Shown: positions 47,585-57,740, counted from the first letter of the stretch. The stretch is 64,000 nt of DNA from Mantamonas sphyraenae STR306 (GCA_026936335.1 JAPMXV010000057.1:1-64000), one strand, 5' to 3'. Program-made: numbers and translations. The notes: a model not told the origin generated them from the letters alone.

Positions 47585-50085
47585 AGGTGGATCTTTCGGA
47601 GGCGCCCGTGTCGAGAATGGCCAATGACATCGCTCGTGCCTTCAATGGCAGCCTGCAGTCGGCCATCTCCTTGTGTGCCTACCCGATGATCGTGGCGCTG
47701 ATGAGGAACGGGGCGCCCAGCGAGCTGCCCATGTCCGCCATCGTGGCCAGCGTCGCCGCGCTCATGCGTACAAGCTATGCAAAGACCAAGAAGGCGTTCC
47801 AAACCCACCAGGTGTCGACAAAGGACACACGTGACTTTGTGTTCTCTCAGCCCATTCACAAGGCCACAAAGGCTGCTGCCGCGGCTGCTGCTCACTCTTC
47901 AGTGGAGGTCCAGGGGCCCTCCATGGATGTGCAGGAGTCCTCCATGGATGTGCAGGAGTCCTCCGTGGATGCGCTGCCCTCTGTGGATGTGGAGTCATCC
48001 ATGGATGTGCAGGAGTCCTCCGTGGATGTGCTGCCCTCTGTGGATGTGGAGTCATCCATGGATGTGCAGGAGTCCTCCGTGAATGTGCTGCCCTCTGTGG
48101 ATGTGGAGTCATCCATGGATGTGCAGGAGTCCTCCGTGGATGCGCAGCTCTCTGTGGATGCGCAGCGCTCACAAGGTGTATCTCCATGGGACCCGTACGA
48201 GGAAGTGTGCACAAGTCTCTCGGATCAACTCGGCAAGCACGTGCGTGGCAAACGGGACGCGTTGTCTGTGCTGTTGGATGTGATGCTCAAGCCCGACCTG
48301 AAGACCAATCTCAAAAGCACACAAGCAAAGCGCGCCATTGCATCGACAGCAGCATCATTGGACTGTGTTGACGCGATGTTTCCCGGTCCGGTTGACATTG
48401 GCGGCCAGTTCGTCTTCGGCGCGTACTCCGTCAAGACGTACGCGTTTAAGATCTTTGTGAACACCATGGAAGCAAGGTGGAAAGCCCATGGAAAGCCGAA
48501 CGGGAATGCCAACCCAGATGACCCCCCAGACGCCAACCCAGACGACCCCCAAGACGCAAACCCGAACGCCAAGTCGGACGCCAACCCGGGTTGGTGGAAT
48601 GCACTGAAAGAACGCGAGTGGGTTTTGACGGATGAGGCCATCCCGAGTCTCCCTAAATGGCTCAAGCAGGCAGTGTATCGGTGTCGGTATGCTCGTCGCA
48701 TGCCAGAAAACAACAGTGACGAGGATCTGCCCAACAAGCACTGGGCAGGGGAACGGCCGCTGCGAACAGTTCCCGTGAAGTCAATACTCATGCTCACGCG
48801 CGGCGTTGGCACGAAAAACGCAAGGTGCCTGCTGAAGAACGTCAGCGCCAGCAGCATGCGCATGCTCTCTGGTGGAATCGCCGCTCAGGGGAAGTACAGG
48901 CGAGCCTTGGTGTTACAGCCACCAAGAGTTCACACTCTCCTGCCTTCACCGGCGAGCCTCGCAACATTGATCAGGCCAAGGATGGCTCATCTCCTGCCCC
49001 TTCTGCTGGACCCCAAGAAGGACGCGCTGATTGCCCTTGCCGTACTGAAGCCCACGGGCATGCCAGACACGTGGACGACCGAGATCCAGAAGATTGCTCC
49101 CGGTTTCCCGAAGTACCCCGTTCCGAAGCGTGGCTTGGTCGAGCACGTCAAGGCCTTTGCCAAGAATGGATACGCAGTCCTTGAGCATGCACGCAAGGTG
49201 CTGTGGATCAGCATTGACCCTGGTCGTGGACGCGACTGGGTCGAGGCGATCTTTGTGCGGGACGGCCAGCTGTATGTGGCCACGCTACCCTTGGACAGCC
49301 ACGAGGTGCAGGCACACAAGGCAGGGCAGGACCGAGTGCTGGCGTCGTACACGGACTTCAAGAAGGAGTACAAGCAACGTGTCTTCGGAAAAGATTTGCA
49401 CAAGGATGCGAAGCACATGCGTGCGCAGTACGCAACGTTTCGCAAACGAAGGATGGCAGGCGTGCGTGAGATGATCTCAGTGATCCACAGGTTCCGTGCG
49501 CATCTGGACCTGGAGCAGGTGATTGTGCTGCAGCCGACAAAGACATTTGGCGGACGCGGGAAATCGCAGGAGATGCGGGAGATGCTGGCCAACCACTTTG
49601 TGGTCATTGCAGCAGACGAGAGGTATACATCGCAGCAGTGCTTCTGTGGCAGCCCTGTCGACAACTTGGACGACTTTGGCGCAGGGAAGTTTGGGCGATG
49701 GCGGACGTGCAGCAGCCACTGCCTGTCGGACATCGACTCCAACATGTTTGACGCCACCAAGCAGCTCAAACGCTTTGCACAACGGCACGCATGCAAAGAG
49801 ATGGAGGGCGAGGGTGAGCACAACTTGCACCAGGCAGTTCAGAGAGACCGAGGCTCTGCACACTGCATCTTCTGGCGGCAGATGCTCTTCTTTGTCACAG
49901 GCGTCTGGATGGAGAAGCCAACAAAGAAAATCAAGGTGCAACGCAAGGCAGCAGACAAGGCAGGCGAGAAAAGCAAGAAGAGAAGAGATGAGGAAGTGGG
50001 GGAAGAAGAGGATTCGGGTGGGTCACAACCACAACAGCATGCTCCCAAGCGACAAAGGGTACAGCGACCAAGGATAGGCAAATGA
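47440..50085 (+). CDS. Fanzor (eukaryotic TnpB-like) RNA-guided RuvC nuclease; frame open from 47356, first ATG 47569
   Basis: RuvC-I WISIDPG (D at 49216), shifted RuvC-II ADERYTSQ (E at 49618), Zn finger CFC...CSSHC, RuvC-III QRDRGSAHCI (D at 49846), basic NLS-like tail. Confidence 0.9.
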   Translation: MATHNLKVLKENVDTPEELKSVRFTRNGIQKAGDGQHGFDFSFMVTRLKVDLSEAPVSRMANDIARAFNGSLQSAISLCAYPMIVALMRNGAPSELPMSAIVASVAALMRTSYAKTKKAFQTHQVSTKDTRDFVFSQPIHKATKAAAAAAAHSSVEVQGPSMDVQESSMDVQESSVDALPSVDVESSMDVQESSVDVLPSVDVESSMDVQESSVNVLPSVDVESSMDVQESSVDAQLSVDAQRSQGVSPWDPYEEVCTSLSDQLGKHVRGKRDALSVLLDVMLKPDLKTNLKSTQAKRAIASTAASLDCVDAMFPGPVDIGGQFVFGAYSVKTYAFKIFVNTMEARWKAHGKPNGNANPDDPPDANPDDPQDANPNAKSDANPGWWNALKEREWVLTDEAIPSLPKWLKQAVYRCRYARRMPENNSDEDLPNKHWAGERPLRTVPVKSILMLTRGVGTKNARCLLKNVSASSMRMLSGGIAAQGKYRRALVLQPPRVHTLLPSPASLATLIRPRMAHLLPLLLDPKKDALIALAVLKPTGMPDTWTTEIQKIAPGFPKYPVPKRGLVEHVKAFAKNGYAVLEHARKVLWISIDPGRGRDWVEAIFVRDGQLYVATLPLDSHEVQAHKAGQDRVLASYTDFKKEYKQRVFGKDLHKDAKHMRAQYATFRKRRMAGVREMISVIHRFRAHLDLEQVIVLQPTKTFGGRGKSQEMREMLANHFVVIAADERYTSQQCFCGSPVDNLDDFGAGKFGRWRTCSSHCLSDIDSNMFDATKQLKRFAQRHACKEMEGEGEHNLHQAVQRDRGSAHCIFWRQMLFFVTGVWMEKPTKKIKVQRKAADKAGEKSKKRRDEEVGEEEDSGGSQPQQHAPKRQRVQRPRIGK
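47920..48165 (+). repeat. In-frame coding minisatellite (21-bp and 57-bp units, SMDVQESSVDxLPSVDVES)
   Basis: 57-bp units start at 47941, 47998, 48055 and 48112 (partial), preceded by a 21-bp copy. Confidence 0.95.
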
Positions 50086-50210
50086 TCGGCCTACAGATCC
50101 AAATCCACAGGCTTACCCATACTACCTTGTCGCACCATGTGGTGCATCGACTAGCCGAAGGCCATGTGCACAGCCATGTGGCCAATACAATGAATGGAAA
50201 CCAGAAGAAT
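50086..50210 (+). ncRNA. Candidate Fanzor omegaRNA (scaffold ~50086-50190 plus guide read from the flank)
   Basis: Lies between the Fanzor stop and the element end. Stems TCGGC(C)TA/TAGCCGA, GTCGCACC-atgt-GGTG(cat)CGAC and GGCCA/TGGCC; three CCATGTG copies. Confidence 0.55.
50191..50204 (+). repeat. Right copy of 14-bp direct repeat TGAATGGAAACCAG
   Basis: Identical to 42035-42048. Confidence 0.9.
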
Positions 50211-50225
50211 TCAAGAATTCAGAAT

Positions 50226-50357
50226 TCATTGCGACCCAGATTGAGTCACGCTCTCCTCTTGCGTCGTTGCGGGAGGTGCCTGCGGAGGCCTCGGTGCACC
50301 CCACCCACCATACCCTGGATGCAGAAACTGCTGTGGATGATGATGCATCTGTGGTGT

Positions 50358-50391
<34 letters not shown>

Positions 50392-53378
50392 GGTGGTGGT
50401 GGCCCAGGACTTGCCCATGGGGAATGGGGCGCAGGCGACGCTGGCATCCACATCATCACTGGCTGCATCCCAGGCATACCCATACCCATGCCGTGCATAC
50501 CCATGGCCATCCCGGGGTAGGCGTGTGCAGGCATTGGCGCCTGCATGGGAGTCTGCGGCTGCGATGGCGGCTTGGAAGTTTCCCCGCCGTCCTCCGGTGC
50601 CTGCTTCTTCTTTTTGGCCAGCGTCAGCAGTTCCCTCAACTGTGCCTGCATCTGCTTCACCTGTCCCTTCAACTCTGCGTCCTCAATCTCTTCAATCTCC
50701 TCCTCCAGCTCCGTCCACAAGGCTTTCCGTTGTGGTCCTGGCCGGCTGCTCCTCTGCTCCTCCTCCCACTCTTCTGCTTCCCTGTTTCCTTCCCCATCCT
50801 CCTCTTCGTCCTCCCTTTGCTCGGGTAATTTGAACCCTCCGCCTGTACGTGGCACACTGCCACTGCGCGCTCTTTGTGGGTCTGGACGTCCTCGCCGCTG
50901 CCCCTGCCCATCATCCTGTGGAGGCATGGGTCGACTGCTGCCATTGCTACCTGCACTTGCTGGACGCCAGGGCTTTGTATGCGTGGGTTGCGACGCAGAA
51001 CCGCTGCGCCGCCTGCGTCGTGGCGCCGTCTTGCGTGTCGCCCACGTTCCCTGTTGCTGATCCCACTCCGACTCCTCCACCACGTACGCGTCATCCAAGT
51101 CCAGGTCGTCCTGGTGAAGCTGCTGCAGGTGCTGGTGGTGGCGGTCATACACATCCACCTCGTCCTCAAAACGCACCACACGGCGTGACGAATTGCCCAT
51201 CCCGTTGCCTCCCCTGCTGCCAGTGCTGTCGTTCCAGCTTCCGACATAGCTACCACCGACCCCCATTTCCTCTTCTTCCATGCGCATCTGTCTGCGCCGT
51301 GCCAGTTCCCGCTTCTGTGCTCGCAGCTGTCGCACGGCCATCCGCTTCTCCCGTTCCCGCTCCTCCATCATCAGTTCGTGCTCCATCAGCTGCTTGGCCT
51401 CGCGGTACTCCTCCATCCAACGCATGTACTCCCGTTCCTGGTGGGCCATTTCCATTTGCCGTTGTTGCATGGGTCGTGCCCAGCTGAACGACGGCACAAA
51501 CAGTTGCGACGGCTCATCAATCACCTTTGGAGCCGCCTGTTTGCGTTCCAAAACCCCCGTGCGACCCATGTTCAGCGAATATTCCATGTGTTCCGTGTTG
51601 TTGTTCTGTGTCAGAAGCAGGTACTGCAGCAACTTCTGTGGATCCTGCAGCATCTTGTGTGCCATGCTCAGTGCCTGATCGTTCACTCCTGTCAGTGCCT
51701 TGACCGCCTGTGCGTTGTCATTGCCTGACAGTGATACCGTGTCACCTGCTGTTGCTGTTGCACTCCCGCGTGTGCCTCCTTCCTCCCCGCTGGTCGTCGT
51801 CGCTCGCTTCTTGCGCTTCTTGCGCTTCGGTCGCTTTGGCCGTGCGCTCCCCGGTTCGCTTCCACTCGCCGACGCCGTCCCTTGTGCCCTCAACATCCTT
51901 CCGTGTCGTCCGCCTGCCCCTGTGCCACTCCCTTCCGCCGATGATGCCGATGCAGGGCGTCCGTGGCTGCTGCTGCGTGTTCGACTGCTGCTCATCTGCA
52001 CTTCCGGCATTTTCACCTGCACCTGCACTTCTTTCCACGTCTCCAACCGCCCATGTCCTCCCTTTACCATGCGTCCATTCCTGGATGGCGATGCCGTGCT
52101 CATCGGTGTCACTGTGCTGCTGCTTGCCGCCGAACGCGGACGCTTGCCCTTCTTCTTCTTCCCCTTCCCGCTCCCCACGCTGTTCGTACTGCTCGTCACA
52201 TCCACTGTCCCCTCCGCAGTTGACGCCGTCTCCTTTCCCGACGTCTGTTTCCGTGCACCTTTCTTCCCTCCCTTTGCCACCCCTCGCTGCTGGCCCTGTT
52301 GGCTGAAGAATCCAGGCACCGGCCAATTCACCTCTTCCTCCTCCTCCTCCTCCTCCTCTTCCTCCTCCTCCTCCGCATTCTCCTCCGCCTCATCTTCCGG
52401 TGCTCCTTCATCGTTGTCTTCTCCTTCGTTCTGGCCCCCCTGTGCATCTTCCTGCACCTCCATGGCGTCGTCCTGGCCTATCCTTGTGGCCATCGAGTCC
52501 CCAGCCTGCTTCTCCTGCTTCTCCTCCTCCTTGGCTGGTGTCGTCGCTGCACTCTCCGTCTCACTCCCTGGCAATTGGTTCACTTCCATCGTTTGCATGT
52601 CCCTTCGCTCCTCAATCGACAGCTGCGGTGGCTTGTTGACCCGCCAATCCCCACTCGACCGCCTTCGCCCGTCCGTCGCCCCTTCCCCCTTCGCCCCTAG
52701 CCTGTCCGTGTCTGTTGTGCTCTCTGTCGACCCTCTCCCTTTGCTCGATGTGTCTTCTTCCTCCATGTCCGCCTGTGTCGCCCTCTTTGCAGGCGCCTGT
52801 GTCGTGGAACCGCCTGCCGCCTGGGCTCCGGCCGTTACCCCGGCCGCCGAACCTTGCTTATCCGCGTCCTTTGCACCCAGACCCACTGCAGAGGCCATAG
52901 GCGACGCTGTGGCGATGGGTGCTGGCACTTCCACCTCGCTGTCCGATTCATCGTGTGTTCCCGTGGCCCTTGCTTGCCCTGCGTTCGCCTCAGTCTTCAG
53001 CTCGGGCGGCGTCCTCGACCCGGTTTTTGGCTGCAGGTGCTCCATGCTGCTGCTCACTGCCTCACCACTGCTTCGTACGCCTGCCACCCCACGTGCACTC
53101 TCCTTGCCCTGTCCTGTGACCCCGTCCTCTTCCGGTCCGCTTGTCTGGCCCGCCGTCTTCAGCTCCACGCTGTCGTCCAGGCCGTCCAGAATGTCCACAT
53201 CCAAGTCCAAATCGTTCAGGAACTCGTCCATATCAAAGTTTGCCAGGTCGCCGTCCAAGTCCAGATCATCAAAGTTAAAGTCATCGTCGTCGTCATCGTC
53301 GTCGTCGTCGTCGTCATCCTCATCCTCGTCAAACACTGTTTGCAGCTCATCAAACTGCGCCTCCGTCAATCCACTCAT
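50226..53378 (-). CDS. Large low-complexity/disordered hypothetical protein with coiled-coil segments
   Basis: ORF of more than 1000 codons with acidic, basic and Q/P-rich tracts; first ATG at 53378. Confidence 0.7.
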
Positions 53379-53469
53379 CGATTCGCCTGCCTCCGTCAAC
53401 GCATTTCCTTCATTCCACCCCCCAACTCACACACACCATACACACACACACACACACACACCCTCAGCC

Positions 53470-56400
53470 TCACTTGCCAAGGATGCCACGGACCTCCACC
53501 ACAAGGTCAAAGCCCCAGTTGGGAAACAGCGAGAGGAGGAGCAGCGACGCCGTGGTTGCAGTGGGAGCCAGGGCACACAGCACCGTGCTGAACATATGCA
53601 CCAGATTGCTGGCCCACTTGAACAGTCGCACCTTCTTCTCCATCTTGAAACTCAGCTCCTCACTGGCCCAAGGCGACGGCGACGACAGCGTTTCACCCAC
53701 CTTCTGCAGCACCACTGCACCGGGAATGAGGATCCAGAAGAGAGAGCGCGAACGGGCCGTGGACGAAATGATGGCTTCGTGACGCGACTCGTCAGCGTCG
53801 TCGTCAAACTCAATGAGGCGGTATGCGCGGCCCTTGATGTTGTACGACTTGACCAGCTCGGCGTTCCACAGACCCAGCGTCATCATGATGATGCGCAGGA
53901 AACCGTGGGCCACCAGAGCCCCCATGCGTTGGTACCCTGTGTACTTCTCAAACGGCCGCGTGGCCTTGCCGGCAAAGAGGAAGAAGTTGCCGCCGACGGC
54001 GACGGCCAGACCGGCAATCATCACAAACAGGGGCAACTGCTTGGCAAATGCGTCGATGTCGCTGCATGCAGCCGCATACGCTGCGTTTGTGTCCCATGCA
54101 CTGCTCATCATGGAGTACAGGAAGAGCACAAACGTCTGCATCACCACAAAGGCTGCCGTCTCCACCAGGGCCGACAGCTTCTCAAAGGCCTTTGCCTTTT
54201 GTGCGTTGCTTTCGCGCTGCTTCATCTGGTTCAGACGGATGGCCACCTGCAGCAACCAGTCCTCGCGCAAGGCACGCACAAACACATACGTGCCCACCAG
54301 CATCAGCACAGCACTCAGGAACATGCTGCTTCCCTTGCAATTCCAGCCCAGGATCAGAGGCACAATGTTGATGTTGCGGAAGGCGCCTGCAAACGCGGCG
54401 CTCATGTCGCCAAAGCCCGAAAACACGCTTGTCAGTGCCACGCGGAGATCGTGCACACTTGGCACCACGGTGGGGAACACAGTGGTCATTGTACCGTGGA
54501 TCACACCCACGTTGAGCATGGCACGCAGCATGCGGAAGATGAATCCCAGAGCTGACAGCACCGCAGTCTGTGCAAGCATTGCACCCTTGCCCACCTCTGC
54601 CGCCGCCTTCTTGGCTCCCGCGTCGTCCACACTCACGTCCACATCCACCATGTCCAAGTCCGCGTCGGGCAGATCCACGTCGGCGGAGGGCATGTCAATG
54701 TCCACGTCCACGCCCAAGTCGCCGCCGGCTTCACCCGCCTTTTCCTGTGCCTCCTTGGCCTTCTCCTGTGCCTCCTTCTTCTTGTCCTCCTTCTCCTTCT
54801 TCTCCTGCTTCTCCTCCTCCTTCTTGGCACGCTTCTCCTTGGCGGCCTCGTCGGCGGCAATCTCATCGTCCGACTTGAGGATGAGCGTATCGCGCACATA
54901 GATGCCCGGCACGTACTCGGCATAGCTGAACGCGTCCTGTACGAGCGACACCAGCTCCAACATGTCAATCTTGCCGTCTCCTCCAGGCATGGCACACACG
55001 CTGCGCACGCGCACCTTCTTGTCCATGAGCAGCAGGCTACCCTTGATGCTCTGCAGCACCGACGAAAACGTCGTCGGGTCTCGCTTGTCCTTCACCAGCG
55101 GCAAACACATCCAGGGCATGTCCTCGTCCGAGATCTGTCCACAGCCCTTGACCAGATCCTCAAACGCAGCGAGCACACTCACGCTCTTGTCACCCTTGAG
55201 CAGCGACTCGGAGGCACTGCTGCTGCTGCTGCTGCTGCTGCTGCCGGCACCGGTCTCTTCGTCTCCACCGGGGCCCAGGTTGATGGTGGGCACATACTGG
55301 TCGTCGGTGTCGGCCAACATGAGCTGCAGTTGCGTCAGAGAGCTCTTCAGACTCATGACGGGGACAGAGAGGGGCGGCAGCTTGTTGCCCAGGCCACTGA
55401 GACCCAACAGGACGTCCTGGATGATTTCCGAGGCGTGGGTGCTCTCTTCGTTGAGTTCGACGGCGGGAATGTCCGCGACACGCTCCAGGGTGTCGATGAT
55501 CTGCAGAACAAGCTGGTGAACGGGCAGGGCAGGCAGACCAAAGTCATCGACCACACACGGAGGCAACTGGGCCTCGTTCATGTCCAGCATGACGTGGAGA
55601 TTGCGCAGGATGCGATCGACGGGCACAGGCTCCTCGCGATCGGCCACCTCGAGGACACTTGGCAACACACGATGGTTGCGTGTCAGATACGCCTGCAGGT
55701 AGCGCAGGAGATCGACAGTGTGCACCACATAACGGTACTCGGCACGCAGGGGCAACTGCACGACTTCCATGCGATCTTCGTGCTCGCCCACCATCACGTT
55801 GGCCGTGCCCATCTCCTTGAGACGAGCCACCAGCTCCTTCATCTTGTCCGGGTTCTTCTTCAGCGTGTAGTAGTAGTATCCTGCGCAGGCGGCGCCGACA
55901 AGGAGGAAGAGGATGTCCACAAAGGAACCGAGGCCGTCTTCAAAGCTGGGAGTCACCGACAGAGAGGTCTGCAAGCCCGTGGTGGACACACTGCCTCCGT
56001 CCACAGTGGCACCCAGGTAGAGCATGGTCTTTGCAAACAGCTTCTGGTCTGTGCTTTCGTACTTGGTGTCCTTCTTGACCATCTCGGAGATCTGGCAGTT
56101 GCTACAGGTGCCCTCCACACGCATTGTGCCATCGCCCAGCAGACGACGAGTGAATGTCATCTTGGGCTGCTCACCGTACGCACCAAACAGCTTGATGCGA
56201 TCCGAGACGGTGTCAAACTTGACGCTGAGCTTGGTGTTGGTGCCGGACGTGGCAATGTCCACCATGGACAGGGCCCCCGAGGTCACCGTCACGCTTGTGA
56301 GCGATTTGTGCACAGCCGAGCCCACGGTGTTGTTGCCGTTGACGCTGCAGCCCAAGCCCACCCAGCCGTCCTGGCACTTGCAGATGCCATCCACACACTT

Positions 56401-56997
56401 GCCGTGTCGTTCGCAGACGCTGGGACACTCTGCGGTGGCCGAGGCCAACACAGTCACAGTGCATGTGGTTGCGTTGGTGGCCGTGTCCGGCAGGTTGATA
56501 CGCAGGTAGTAGGTGGCGTCGTCGGTGTCCTTGGTGCACTCGCACGGGGACATGTCGTCGTAGTCCAGTGTGGGGCCACTGATGCTCGTCTGCATGCTGT
56601 TGTCCCGATCCAGGTTGTACCCCGAGCCGGCCGTGTCCTTGGGGCCCTCGTAGCACGTCGGCGAGGTGCCTGCCTTTTTGCAATTCGTGGCTTTTGCAAT
56701 GCGCACGTTGTCGCACGTGCCACTGCTCTTGGTCACCGTTACGGTGCCAGAAAACGGCCCTGTGTTGGGCAGATGCCAGTTGAACACACGGCCCTCGTAC
56801 CCGGTCATCGTGTACGTCACAGTGCTCCCACTGGTCAGCGTCGCCGTGTCAAAGTTGCACTCGTTTCCGGCGTACCCGCTGTTGCACTGGCATCGCTTGT
56901 CAGCCGAGCTGTACGTTCCTCGCCCATTGCACTGTGCCAGACACACGCCTGCAACAAGCAACAGCACAAGCAATACGTGTCCGATGCTCTGTTTCAT
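53470..56997 (-). CDS. Membrane protein with signal peptide, two EGF-like domains, a TM, a cytoplasmic charged region and a C-terminal multi-TM domain
   Basis: CNGRG...CQCNSGYAGNEC and CERHGKC..G.CKCQDGWVGLGC; hydrophobic segments. The start could be 57045. Confidence 0.8.
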   Translation of the reverse strand: MKQSIGHVLLVLLLVAGVCLAQCNGRGTYSSADKRCQCNSGYAGNECNFDTATLTSGSTVTYTMTGYEGRVFNWHLPNTGPFSGTVTVTKSSGTCDNVRIAKATNCKKAGTSPTCYEGPKDTAGSGYNLDRDNSMQTSISGPTLDYDDMSPCECTKDTDDATYYLRINLPDTATNATTCTVTVLASATAECPSVCERHGKCVDGICKCQDGWVGLGCSVNGNNTVGSAVHKSLTSVTVTSGALSMVDIATSGTNTKLSVKFDTVSDRIKLFGAYGEQPKMTFTRRLLGDGTMRVEGTCSNCQISEMVKKDTKYESTDQKLFAKTMLYLGATVDGGSVSTTGLQTSLSVTPSFEDGLGSFVDILFLLVGAACAGYYYYTLKKNPDKMKELVARLKEMGTANVMVGEHEDRMEVVQLPLRAEYRYVVHTVDLLRYLQAYLTRNHRVLPSVLEVADREEPVPVDRILRNLHVMLDMNEAQLPPCVVDDFGLPALPVHQLVLQIIDTLERVADIPAVELNEESTHASEIIQDVLLGLSGLGNKLPPLSVPVMSLKSSLTQLQLMLADTDDQYVPTINLGPGGDEETGAGSSSSSSSSSASESLLKGDKSVSVLAAFEDLVKGCGQISDEDMPWMCLPLVKDKRDPTTFSSVLQSIKGSLLLMDKKVRVRSVCAMPGGDGKIDMLELVSLVQDAFSYAEYVPGIYVRDTLILKSDDEIAADEAAKEKRAKKEEEKQEKKEKEDKKKEAQEKAKEAQEKAGEAGGDLGVDVDIDMPSADVDLPDADLDMVDVDVSVDDAGAKKAAAEVGKGAMLAQTAVLSALGFIFRMLRAMLNVGVIHGTMTTVFPTVVPSVHDLRVALTSVFSGFGDMSAAFAGAFRNINIVPLILGWNCKGSSMFLSAVLMLVGTYVFVRALREDWLLQVAIRLNQMKQRESNAQKAKAFEKLSALVETAAFVVMQTFVLFLYSMMSSAWDTNAAYAAACSDIDAFAKQLPLFVMIAGLAVAVGGNFFLFAGKATRPFEKYTGYQRMGALVAHGFLRIIMMTLGLWNAELVKSYNIKGRAYRLIEFDDDADESRHEAIISSTARSRSLFWILIPGAVVLQKVGETLSSPSPWASEELSFKMEKKVRLFKWASNLVHMFSTVLCALAPTATTASLLLLSLFPNWGFDLVVEVRGILGK

Positions 56998-57118
56998 GCG
57001 TGGCGAGAGTTTCGTTGGGGATGGTTTCGCGGGTTTCGCTTTCATTTCGCAGCATGACCCTCAGACATTGACACCCACTCAACCACACCCACACCCCACA
57101 GCTTGCCCCTCCCCTCCT

Positions 57119-57691
57119 TTACAACTCGCCACACTCGCTGATGACAACGTCGAGCTGGGGCTTGCTGTTGCGCACAGAGACGGCCTCCATCTTGCGGACG
57201 GTGAGCATGCCGTCGATCACCTTGCCAAAGACAACGTGCTTGCCGTCCAACCAGTCACACTTGGCACAGGTGATGAAAAACTGGCTTCCGTTTGTGTTTG
57301 CGCCACTGTTGGCCATGGAGAGCATGCCTGCGCCTGTGTGTTGCAGCTCAAAGTTCTCGTCCTCAAACTCGAGGCCGTCGTAGATGCTGTGGCCGCCCGT
57401 GCCGTCGCCGTTGGTGAAGTCACCGCCCTGAATCATAAAGTCCTTCATGATGCGATGGAAGGTGCAGCCCTTGTAACCCACAGGTTGCCCCTTGACCTTG
57501 TATTCGCCCGTGCACAGCTGTCGGAAGTTCTCGGCCGTCTTTGGCACCACGTCGGCAAACAGCTCCATCACCACCGACCCCACAAACTCGCCCCCAATCT
57601 CAATGTCAAAGAACACCACTGGGTTCTCCGCGTTCCCTGCGTTCTTGCGTGCTGCCCCAATCGTGGACGAGCCACTCGCCGCACTGCTCAT
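57119..57691 (-). CDS. PPIH: Cyclophilin H-type peptidyl-prolyl isomerase
   Basis: [44 protein letters not shown] and [13 protein letters not shown]. Confidence 0.88.
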   Translation of the reverse strand: MSSAASGSSTIGAARKNAGNAENPVVFFDIEIGGEFVGSVVMELFADVVPKTAENFRQLCTGEYKVKGQPVGYKGCTFHRIMKDFMIQGGDFTNGDGTGGHSIYDGLEFEDENFELQHTGAGMLSMANSGANTNGSQFFITCAKCDWLDGKHVVFGKVIDGMLTVRKMEAVSVRNSKPQLDVVISECGEL

Positions 57692-57740
57692 CTTCCGCTG
57701 GCGTCGCCTGCGCCATCCTCTGCAACCCACGCAACCACCC

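Larger units (their letters stand above)
42049..50190 (+). mobile_element. IS630/Tc1-mariner-Fanzor composite transposon (~8.15 kb)
   Basis: Transposase and RuvC nuclease genes lie between 14-bp direct repeats. Removing the element plus one repeat leaves a ~32-bp spacer between convergent host stop codons, typical for this genome. Confidence 0.9.

Noticed and set aside
47920-48165. CRISPR-like array near an RNA-guided nuclease
   Set aside because: The units are wholly repeated with no unique spacers, are multiples of 3, and lie in frame within the ORF, so this is a coding minisatellite.
42074-50188. TA target duplication with TIRs (GTATTG at 42074 / CAATAC at 50183)
   Set aside because: Only 6 bp of inverted match, and it does not explain the exact 14-bp repeat outside it. 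Kept only as an alternative to test.
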